Assembly (NCBI GenBank): GCA_050287845.1
Contig: JBNKCR010000098.1
Coordinates: 32,001-96,000, forward strand
Direction of reading: 5' to 3'
Length of the DNA: 64,000 nucleotides
From: Polyangia bacterium
GTDB lineage: Bacteria > Myxococcota_A > Polyangia > JAAYKL01
Part shown: positions 56,107 through 64,000 of the stretch, one piece after another
Numbering within the stretch: the first letter of the stretch is position 1
Layout of the letters: every line of letters begins with the position of its first letter
Position numbers and translations under genes: made by a program
The notes under the pieces: generated by a model
What the model was told of the DNA's origin: nothing
Databases searched by the model: none
The model's input: only the letters and a program-made list of their open reading frames with translations

Positions 56107-57771
56107 TCATGCCTCAGCCGAGGTGTCCATACTTGCGAAGTATCCGGAAATAGCTGCACACAGGTCTTCTTTTTTAAACGGTTTGTATATCATTTCGTTG
56201 ATGCCTGATTTCAGGTTTTCGTTCTCCGCAGCAATGGACGACTGAGTGGTAATCAATAAAATTGGTAACTCTGTTCTGTTATATTTAGTTCGAATGCGTT
56301 TTGTCAGTTCCAGACCGGAAATATTTGGCATATTCAGGTCGGTCAGTATCATATCCGGCTTCTCGTTTTCTATCGCTTCAAGGGCGGATTCCGGAAATTC
56401 AAACAACTGAAAGAGGTACCCCTCCATCGAAAGGACGTTTTTATAGATGGCCAACATCATTCGAGAGTCATCGATTGCCCAGACCGTCCTGGACATATGC
56501 GCTGCAGGATGTGTGGCGGGAATGGAGGTGGAAAGAATATTGTCCGCATCCGCGGCGTAACCGTTTTTTCTGAGCAATTCCATAAAATGGCTTCGGCTGT
56601 CATCCGTTGCGTGCATTCGCAAGTATTGAATGGTCTGGTCTCTGAAAAGCGGATTCTTATAAAGGCTCAGAAAGACAGCATCCGATTCACTGACAATGAA
56701 TAATTCAACGAATCGTCTGGTGAGGTCATACTCCGGGGACAACAGATTGTTCAAACCGGTTTCGAGCAGTTCGTTGTAGTTGTTATTGATTGCCTGGGCT
56801 GCAATGATAGCCACATGCTCAACCGGGTCCTGCAGCCCTGAAACCAGGGACATCGCACCTTTGGTAATGGGCAGTTGACCGAGCACCTCGTAGGCAGCAA
56901 ACCGGACGTTGGCGTTTTCCGGATTTTCTTTCAGCAATCTGCGTATGGGAAGAATGGCGCTTTCATCTTTGATCTTCCCGAGAACATTGAGGGTGTGTAT
57001 TTGCAGTTCTGAATCCGAATGCTTTAAGTTCTCCAACAGCACCGGCACCGCCTTGGGGCCAATTTCTGCCAATTTTGCCTTTGCGTAATTTCTCAGATAT
57101 GCATGATACGAGAGCATGGTATCGTTCAGTTTCTGCAACGCAAGCTTGTTCTGGCTTCGAGCGAATACATTGAGGATCATCACATCGATGCCGGTATCGG
57201 CGCCCATTCTTTCTGATAGCTTCTGAATTGCATTTGTATTGCCAATTGCCCCCAGCGCCTCTACTGCGGCGACAATGAGCTCACGATTTCCCGCGTAAAG
57301 GAAATCTGCGATTTCGCTTACTGATTCAGTAGCGCACAGATCTCCCAGGGCTTTCATGCAACTGGACTGTATGGCAATTCTGGCTGAATTGCGCATGATT
57401 TTCAGAATCGGAGGAATCGCTTCCTCCATCATCAACTGGCCGCAAAGATCAATAAAGAAGGATTTATCTTTGTAGCTGTCGTTTGCAAGGGATTCAAGCA
57501 ATACATCCGGATGGTCTGCGAGCTTCTGGGCGGCGACTCGATGGAGTGGCTCGACGCTTTGCAGCAACTCCGGACTGAAACCAATCAGATCGGAAAAAAA
57601 ATTTCCGGATTTTTCATGAGCGATGCGGCTTAGCTCAAAAACGGCTCTTCGTTGCCCTTCGGCATCCAACCTGGGAAATTCTCTTAAAACAATCTGCGTT
57701 TTGATAGGATCAAGTTTCCTGAAGCACTGATTCAGTTCCTCAATATATTCACTGTTGATGATTTCAGACAT
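56107..57771 (-). CDS. HEAT-repeat / response regulator receiver fusion
   Basis: HEAT repeats (AAVEALGAIG, VRFAAYEVLG). C-terminal REC with IDDS, TDLNMP, T and KP. Confidence 0.85.
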   Translation of the reverse strand: MSEIINSEYIEELNQCFRKLDPIKTQIVLREFPRLDAEGQRRAVFELSRIAHEKSGNFFSDLIGFSPELLQSVEPLHRVAAQKLADHPDVLLESLANDSYKDKSFFIDLCGQLMMEEAIPPILKIMRNSARIAIQSSCMKALGDLCATESVSEIADFLYAGNRELIVAAVEALGAIGNTNAIQKLSERMGADTGIDVMILNVFARSQNKLALQKLNDTMLSYHAYLRNYAKAKLAEIGPKAVPVLLENLKHSDSELQIHTLNVLGKIKDESAILPIRRLLKENPENANVRFAAYEVLGQLPITKGAMSLVSGLQDPVEHVAIIAAQAINNNYNELLETGLNNLLSPEYDLTRRFVELFIVSESDAVFLSLYKNPLFRDQTIQYLRMHATDDSRSHFMELLRKNGYAADADNILSTSIPATHPAAHMSRTVWAIDDSRMMLAIYKNVLSMEGYLFQLFEFPESALEAIENEKPDMILTDLNMPNISGLELTKRIRTKYNRTELPILLITTQSSIAAENENLKSGINEMIYKPFKKEDLCAAISGYFASMDTSAEA

Positions 57772-57796
57772 TTTCTATCTACTCCGATAATGGTGC

Positions 57797-58627
57797 TCAC
57801 TCCACTTTCTCGTAATAAATGATTCCGTGAAACTCTCTTTTTTCAAATGGCAGCGACATTCCAACCAGGGATTCTGTCGAACCAATCACAAGAAAACCGC
57901 CTACCGGCAGTTTAAGTGCGAGATTGCTGAACAAGCGTTGTTTGTTTTCTTTTGAAAAATAGAAAGCAACATTCCGACACAGAATGATGTGTTGCAGTGG
58001 AATAGTCACAGTCCCGGCAAGGAGGTTCAGCTGGCGGAATGATGCAAGGGCACGCAGGTCGTCATTAATCTTCCACAGCTTTTCCTTCTGCGTGAAATGG
58101 CGTTTCAGTCTGTTTCCAGTGAGCCCGCGTGCAAGCTCCACTTTTCCATAAAGGCCTCTACTGGCGATTTCCAGCGCGCTTTGTGAAACGTCAGTTCCCA
58201 GTATTCTGATGTCGTGACTGAATAATTGCCCCAGTAATTCCTTCAGAATCATCGCAATACTGTATACTTCCTGACCTGTTGAAGCCGCAGCGCTCCAGAT
58301 ACGAAGAGAAACTTGATTCTGGGAGAGATTGTTTTCCATAGTATCAGGGATGAGCTTATGCGCAAGCAAATCAAAGGGTTTTTGATCTCTGAAAAAGTAG
58401 GTCTCGTTTGTTGTGATGGCATCGATGATTTTGTGTTTAAGTTTTCCGCTGCGATCAGATATGGATCTCGAAACCAGATCAGCGTAAGTTGACAAACCCA
58501 GTTCCGACAACAATGGACCGAGTCTGCTTTCCACAAGGTAGGATTTACTGTCGTTTAATCGTATTCCGCAGTTCGCTTCCACGAATTCGATGATTGATGC
58601 CATTTCTTTCGATGTAACACTGCTCAC
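57797..58627 (-). CDS. cheR: Chemotaxis methyltransferase CheR
   Basis: TTNETYFFRD, RIWSAAASTGQEVYS, ILCRNV, GSTES. Confidence 0.95.
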   Translation of the reverse strand: MSSVTSKEMASIIEFVEANCGIRLNDSKSYLVESRLGPLLSELGLSTYADLVSRSISDRSGKLKHKIIDAITTNETYFFRDQKPFDLLAHKLIPDTMENNLSQNQVSLRIWSAAASTGQEVYSIAMILKELLGQLFSHDIRILGTDVSQSALEIASRGLYGKVELARGLTGNRLKRHFTQKEKLWKINDDLRALASFRQLNLLAGTVTIPLQHIILCRNVAFYFSKENKQRLFSNLALKLPVGGFLVIGSTESLVGMSLPFEKREFHGIIYYEKVE

Positions 58628-59697
58628 GGCTTCCTCAACGCTTTCAGAATGGCAGTGTGCAACGTATCGATTGAAAAAATGTAATCCACAACCCCTTCTT
58701 CAATGGCTTTGGCCGGCATGCCGAACACAACACATGTTTCTTTATTCTGTGCTATCGTTGTGGCTCCCTGAAGTTTCATCAATTTCATTCCGGCTGCACC
58801 GTCATTACCCATACCCGTAAGAATGACTCCTACCGCTGCGGCACCGAACTCTTTTGCAACCGAACGAAACAGATAATCAACTGACGGCTTACAGTTATGC
58901 TCCGGCTCGTCATCAGTGAGTTCGATTTTATAACTTCCGAGATATTGTCCCTGAGTGACACGCATATGGAGTCCGCCTGGCGCGATATATATCATTGAAG
59001 GTTTGAGCGGCATGTCGTGTTTTGCTTCCACAACCGTTAATGCGCATTTATTGTTCAGCGAATCCGCAAGTTGTCCAGTAAACGCTTTCGGCATGTGGAT
59101 TGTGACAACAACTGGAATGTTAATGGATTGGGGAAGTTGGGTTAACAGTGTGGTGAGCGCTTTGGGGCCGCCGGTAGATGCACCAATGGCAATGATCTGG
59201 GGGGCCTTGCTCTGTGCTGCAATAGAACGGATTTTTTTGAAATTGCTTTTCTGTCTGCTTGTAGAAGCGTCAGAAACTTTGGGCGTACCGTTGATTTTGA
59301 GACGCGTACGCACTGCAGCAAGAATTGGAGTAAGTTGCGCTTTCAGGCCTTCAACATTTTGTTCGATATTAGTGCCATCCGGCTTCGAAATCGCATCGAT
59401 GGCGCCCTGTTCCATCGCTTGAATGGCAATTTGAGCACCTTCGGGAGTATGCGCGCTGATCATGATGAATTCAGTGTTTAACCCTAGTGCCTGCATTTTC
59501 TGCATCACTTCCAGACCATTCATGTCCGGCATTTCAAAATCCAGTGTGACAACATCCGGACGCAGGGAAACGGCCTTTTTTAGAGCGAGCGAACCATTGG
59601 GAGCGGTTTGAATATCCGTTATTTCAGGAAACGAGGAAAGCACACTCTGCAGAATCTTCCGGTACAATGCTGTATCTTCAACAATCAACCATTTCAT
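58624..59697 (-). CDS. cheB: Chemotaxis methylesterase CheB
   Basis: REC domain, GASTGGP, HMP, KPSVDYLF, LTGMGNDG. Confidence 0.95.
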   Translation of the reverse strand: MKWLIVEDTALYRKILQSVLSSFPEITDIQTAPNGSLALKKAVSLRPDVVTLDFEMPDMNGLEVMQKMQALGLNTEFIMISAHTPEGAQIAIQAMEQGAIDAISKPDGTNIEQNVEGLKAQLTPILAAVRTRLKINGTPKVSDASTSRQKSNFKKIRSIAAQSKAPQIIAIGASTGGPKALTTLLTQLPQSINIPVVVTIHMPKAFTGQLADSLNNKCALTVVEAKHDMPLKPSMIYIAPGGLHMRVTQGQYLGSYKIELTDDEPEHNCKPSVDYLFRSVAKEFGAAAVGVILTGMGNDGAAGMKLMKLQGATTIAQNKETCVVFGMPAKAIEEGVVDYIFSIDTLHTAILKALRKP

Positions 59698-59716
59698 GTA
59701 CGTTCCTCAGATCCTC

Positions 59717-61075
59717 TCAATTCAGCTCTGATATTGCCTGAATTAAGACGGTTTCAGTTTTTTCAAGTTCACTTGCGATTTCGCTCAAATTGCTTGATGT
59801 ATTTTTTATGAGCGTTGTGTCGTCGGTAACGTTCTGGATGGTCTGCGCCATGTCCTCTGCAAACTTTGAAAGCTCGCCAACAGCGTTGGTCACATTTGAG
59901 AGGAAACCGGAACCCCTTGTGAGATTCTCAGTGATTTCCCGAGTGGTGATTGTCTGTTCTTCGGTGGCGGTGGCGATAGTGCTGACGAAATCATCCACTT
60001 CCTTCATTACTTCAGAAATCTTTTTGATTTTTGAAATTGTATGCTGCGTCGCCATTTGAATTGCTTCTATTTTATTTCGAATATCAGCAGTGGCGGAATT
60101 TGTCTGTTGTGCGAGTTCTTTTACTTCTCCAGCGACTACTGCAAATCCTTTGCCAGCCTCTCCAGCCCGTGCCGCTTCAATGGTGGCGTTCAATGCGAGC
60201 AGCTTCGTCTGTTCAGCAATTTCCACAATTGTTTCGGTGACGTTGCTGATTTGAACCGCTGCATTTTCAAGCTGCAATACTTCAGAGGAGGCATCACCCA
60301 CTGCATGTACAGCGTCGGTTGCTACGGTTCTGGCCTGTTCTGCGTTTTTTGCAATTTCTGATACAGTTGCGGTCATTTCTTCAGAAGCGGTTGAAACAGA
60401 AGCAATGTTTCCCAGTGAACTTTCAGCTGATTCTTTGATGGTGAGAATTTCTTTTGTCAAATGTCGCGAAACGGCATTGACATCGGAAGTTTTTTTGTCA
60501 ATTGCCATTGCCTGCAGCTCCGTTTCAGAAGCAGACTTGGCAACTCTGTGTATCATTTCAGCGAGGGACTGGTTGATTTTAAAGACATTTGCGAAATTGG
60601 CGTCGAACTGTTCACTGGTGCTCCGGATGCGCAGGTCAATGTCTTTTGCCATTGAAATAAACGCCGGTGTAATGCTATCCAGTTCACTTCGTTTCCCTGT
60701 GCCATTTCCGAATTGTTCAAACCGTTGAATAAAATGAAAATCTCCTTTTGAGATACTGTCAAAGCCATTTTTGAATTCCCTGGTATTCTGTACGATTCTA
60801 CGGAGTGCGAACGTCAGCTCTTCTACGTCTACTGTGCCCGCTGGCAAATCGATGCTCCCGTCGAGTTCACCGTCAGCGATTTGATTCAAATATGAAGTTA
60901 CTTTTTTTAGTAGATTGGTATTTCGCTGTCTTGCGCTCGGCCGTGATTTTTTTTCGGTTGATAACCTGGAATTTGGCGCTTCTTTCTTGACGGTTGAAGA
61001 CTTCCGTGGTGATTTTCCTTTTACTTCCATATTTTTATCACGGCTCAGCGTAGAATCGTCATTTTTTTCGGACAT
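59717..61075 (-). CDS. Soluble methyl-accepting chemotaxis protein
   Basis: IAEQTKLLALNATIEAARAGEAGKGFAVVAGEVKELA. No TM segment; basic N-terminal tail. Confidence 0.92.
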   Translation of the reverse strand: MSEKNDDSTLSRDKNMEVKGKSPRKSSTVKKEAPNSRLSTEKKSRPSARQRNTNLLKKVTSYLNQIADGELDGSIDLPAGTVDVEELTFALRRIVQNTREFKNGFDSISKGDFHFIQRFEQFGNGTGKRSELDSITPAFISMAKDIDLRIRSTSEQFDANFANVFKINQSLAEMIHRVAKSASETELQAMAIDKKTSDVNAVSRHLTKEILTIKESAESSLGNIASVSTASEEMTATVSEIAKNAEQARTVATDAVHAVGDASSEVLQLENAAVQISNVTETIVEIAEQTKLLALNATIEAARAGEAGKGFAVVAGEVKELAQQTNSATADIRNKIEAIQMATQHTISKIKKISEVMKEVDDFVSTIATATEEQTITTREITENLTRGSGFLSNVTNAVGELSKFAEDMAQTIQNVTDDTTLIKNTSSNLSEIASELEKTETVLIQAISELN

Positions 61076-61120
61076 TGAAACCTCACAGGGACAAATTATT
61101 GTGAAAACATTTTTCGGGCA

Positions 61121-61573
61121 TTATGCCTCTTTGGACAGCAGCTTATTCATGTCGAGGATAGCGACCAGATTCTCTTCCATCTTGTACACACCAGTAAAAA
61201 ATTTTCCCATCGCGTCATTCATGTGGGGTGGTGACGGAAGAATTTCGTCCGGCGATGCCGGTATGATGTCTTCGACATTGTCCACCAGCAGACCGATTTG
61301 CTCACCTTTGGAATTCACGACAACATTGTTCATTCGTTTCGAGATCTCGGTTGGTTTCATATTGAATTTTTTACGCATATCAATAATGGTAACAATCTGA
61401 CCTCTAAGATTGATCACGCCACGAACATAGTCCGGCGCTGAATATACCGTGGTGATTTCCATGTTCTTGTTAATCTCCTGAACATTGTCGATGGTGATGC
61501 CACAATAGGTTTCGCCGACCTGGAAAATAACGATTTCTTCAAATGCATTAACGGTGTTGCTTACACTTGCCAT
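61121..61573 (-). CDS. cheW: Chemotaxis adaptor CheW
   Basis: APDYVRGVINLRGQIVTIID, GLLVD. Start after AAGGAG (alternative start 61612). Confidence 0.93.
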   Translation of the reverse strand: MASVSNTVNAFEEIVIFQVGETYCGITIDNVQEINKNMEITTVYSAPDYVRGVINLRGQIVTIIDMRKKFNMKPTEISKRMNNVVVNSKGEQIGLLVDNVEDIIPASPDEILPSPPHMNDAMGKFFTGVYKMEENLVAILDMNKLLSKEA

Positions 61574-61598
61574 TGTTCCGTGCTCCTTGCAGGCGTTT

Positions 61599-64000
61599 CT
61601 ATCCGCGTCCATGATTCAGAAAATAAATGCTGCGTTCCAGTATCTGGTCTCTGTCCAATTTGATGAGATACTCATCTATCCCCACTTCCTGACTCCGTGC
61701 TTCAGCAACTTCACCCATCACCGACGTCACAGCAATCGCCGGAATATTGGCAAATGCCGAATCCGATCTCATACGTTCCACCAAACCAAATCCGTCGAGA
61801 TTTGGCATTTCAATATCTGTGAGCACCAGATCCACGTGATTGTTTTTAAGAACATCAAGCGCCTCCAATCCATCTTCTGCAGTGAGCACTTGAAATCCAG
61901 CCTGCTCCACGGTACTTTTGATTTGATTCATAAAGAATCTGGAATCTTCGACCACGAGCACCTGCGGCACCACCGGTTCATCACTTGCTGTATTCGGTGT
62001 TTTATCAATATTATCGACCTGGAAAGGTTTCAGCCGTTTGGCGCTTCGGTTCACCCAGTCGGGAACGGTCTCCGTGACAATGGAGTGTATATCGAGCAGC
62101 AGGGTGATGCGGTCCTGAATAATCGCGGAACCGAATACTCCCGGTGCCCGGTGCGTCACTTCGTCAATACTGATGTCGGCATCAATCGTATCCACAATTA
62201 CCGAGCACATGATTCCAGCTTCTCGACCGGCAATTTTTGAGACCACTACAAAAAGCTGATCGTGTTCACGATCAATTGGGTCAACGGACACAACGTCTTC
62301 AATACCGAACAACATCAAACTGCCACCGCGATACTTAATCGTTCGTTTGCCGGCTACATTCTGAATTGTTTTCCATGCGACCTTTTCTACTCGTTCCACC
62401 AGTCCCAGCGGTATCGCCAGCACATCGTCCTTCGCATTTTCAATCAGAAGGAGGCTTTGTCGGTCTGTGCGGTTTAATTCATTCGCTTCTTCTTCTCGAT
62501 GCTTGCGAAGTTCCACTTCCGAAGTGTCCATCAACTCCATGACCTGACTGATTCCGACGACATCCAGAATCAATGCAGCACGACCATTCCCGAGCACTGT
62601 TGCACCAGCATAGCTTCGACAATCACTCAAGTGGCGTCCAAGTGGCTTCACAACAATTTCTTCCGAGTCAAGCAGCGTGTCTACAATGATGCCGTAGTTA
62701 AACTCTCCTGCTGAGACAACCGCGATATTCACTGCGCTCAACGGATGGGTTCTGCGTTCATCGGTTGAACGTTTGTCCTCTGAAAGGGTTCTCTGGTTCT
62801 CTGGATTCCGACGATCCGGCAACGCTTCTCGCTGGTCGATGATGTTGTCTCCGGTTTCCGGGTGTATAATCTGTTTTTTGGGAATGTTCAGCACGTCTCG
62901 TAAGTCGATCAACGGCAATAGTTCACCACGCAGTCGCATCACATTCACGGAACCCAATTTTTCGATAGTACTCGACACCCTGGCTGCCGGAATACGTTGA
63001 AGCTCCAATAAATTCATCTGGGGAATGGCAAAATGCTCTCCACCCACTTCCACCATCAGGCTTGGAAGTATCGCCAGGGTCAGGGGTAATTTCACTCGAA
63101 TAGTTGTTCCCTTTCCCTGTTCTGATTCCAGGTCCACCACGCCGCCGATATTCGACAGGTTCGAACTCACCACATCCATGCCAACACCACGTCCGGAAAT
63201 TTCGGTCACTTCTTTGGCTGTGGAAAATCCGGGTTTGAAAATGAGTCGTAGAATAGACTGTTCGGGCATGGCGTATAGTTCCTGGGGCGTATATAGCCCC
63301 ATCGTTACCGCCTTGTCCTTGATTTTGTTGGGGTCCAGCCCTTTGCCATCGTCGGTGACTTCAATGATCACCTGGCCTGCTTTGTGAAACGCAGACAACC
63401 TGAGATGTCCACAGGAGGGTTTCCCGGCTTTCACCCGATCGTTTGGCATTTCAATACCATGGTCCACAGCATTGCGGACGAGGTGGGTCAACGGATCACC
63501 AATTGCTTCGATAATGGTTTTATCCAGTTCGACTTCCTCGCCTTCGAGCTCAAGGTCAATTTCCTTTCCCAGGTCTCTGCTCATATCGTGGACAACTCTT
63601 CGGAATTTATTGAATACAATGCCTACCGACTGCATCCGGGTGGACATGATGGCGTCCTGCAATTCCGTGGTAATTGTATCGACTCGTTGTGCTGCCCGGT
63701 GCAATTTTTTTTCATCATCGTTGTTCAACAGATTCTGCAATAATTGGTTCCTGGTAAGCACCATTTCGCCGGCGAGGGTCATCAGTGTATCCAGAATTTT
63801 CACATTCACACGGATACTGCCTTCGGATTTATTTTTTCTTGCGTTTGCCGGTGTGCTTTTACCGCCGGCTTCAGCCTCTCTGGTGGATTGTTTTTCATTA
63901 TAGTCCACTTTGTTCTCCCTGTGCTGTGCGGCCTCGGTCCTCTCGGTTCTGTCTTCTACCTGCGCAGATACCTGCGCAGAGGTTGGTGCTGCGGGGCTGG
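61599..64000 (-). CDS. cheA: Hybrid CheA (dimerisation-kinase-CheW-CheW-REC), 5'-truncated by window edge
   Basis: IRVNVKILD, HLVRNAVDHGIE, DDGKG, SGRGVGMDVV, two CheW-like domains, C-terminal REC. Frame is open to the edge; Hpt not in the window. Confidence 0.94.
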   Translation of the reverse strand, partial: SPAAPTSAQVSAQVEDRTERTEAAQHRENKVDYNEKQSTREAEAGGKSTPANARKNKSEGSIRVNVKILDTLMTLAGEMVLTRNQLLQNLLNNDDEKKLHRAAQRVDTITTELQDAIMSTRMQSVGIVFNKFRRVVHDMSRDLGKEIDLELEGEEVELDKTIIEAIGDPLTHLVRNAVDHGIEMPNDRVKAGKPSCGHLRLSAFHKAGQVIIEVTDDGKGLDPNKIKDKAVTMGLYTPQELYAMPEQSILRLIFKPGFSTAKEVTEISGRGVGMDVVSSNLSNIGGVVDLESEQGKGTTIRVKLPLTLAILPSLMVEVGGEHFAIPQMNLLELQRIPAARVSSTIEKLGSVNVMRLRGELLPLIDLRDVLNIPKKQIIHPETGDNIIDQREALPDRRNPENQRTLSEDKRSTDERRTHPLSAVNIAVVSAGEFNYGIIVDTLLDSEEIVVKPLGRHLSDCRSYAGATVLGNGRAALILDVVGISQVMELMDTSEVELRKHREEEANELNRTDRQSLLLIENAKDDVLAIPLGLVERVEKVAWKTIQNVAGKRTIKYRGGSLMLFGIEDVVSVDPIDREHDQLFVVVSKIAGREAGIMCSVIVDTIDADISIDEVTHRAPGVFGSAIIQDRITLLLDIHSIVTETVPDWVNRSAKRLKPFQVDNIDKTPNTASDEPVVPQVLVVEDSRFFMNQIKSTVEQAGFQVLTAEDGLEALDVLKNNHVDLVLTDIEMPNLDGFGLVERMRSDSAFANIPAIAVTSVMGEVAEARSQEVGIDEYLIKLDRDQILERSIYFLNHGRG

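Noticed and set aside
63956..63981. 12-nt direct repeat (SAQV x2) in the CheA linker
   Set aside because: It is a trivial low-complexity linker duplication.

Overview
Gene-dense bacterial chromosome segment, most likely from a Myxococcota/deltaproteobacterial organism. The lineage inference rests on a giant AgmK-like TPR protein, a TIGR02266-type PilZ protein, a TIGR04552-like protein, a split F0 ATP synthase operon and DS-repeat lipoproteins. Order: truncated HEAT protein, TPR protein, 3486-aa TPR protein, lpdA; rho-rpmE-DUF1385-prfA; HIT, atpZ/I/B/E, cyclophilin; PilZ, miaB, VanZ, lepB, TIGR04552-like, lon, trmB; cysNC-cysD, tRNA-Gly(CCC), MDP-1 phosphatase, sulfatase-fold protein, recG, greA. 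Next comes a co-oriented 13-kb cluster of ten genes (43089-56070): an OleA-like condensing enzyme with no oleBCD nearby, Cys-rich/acidic lipoproteins, FadL, a second beta-barrel, MMPL/RND, LolA-like, ASST-like and chalcone-isomerase-fold proteins. The window ends in a chemosensory operon truncated at the right edge. The 43-56 kb cluster is the best candidate for an undescribed system (trans-envelope lipid synthesis/traffic). Smaller signals: an unannotated 56-aa membrane protein with its own promoter, a candidate L31 leader RNA, an orphan tRNA/tmRNA 3' fragment, and a soluble MCP with a FrzCD-like basic tail. No CRISPR array, rRNA, integrase or transposase was seen. All family calls come from motif recognition by eye, not from database searches.
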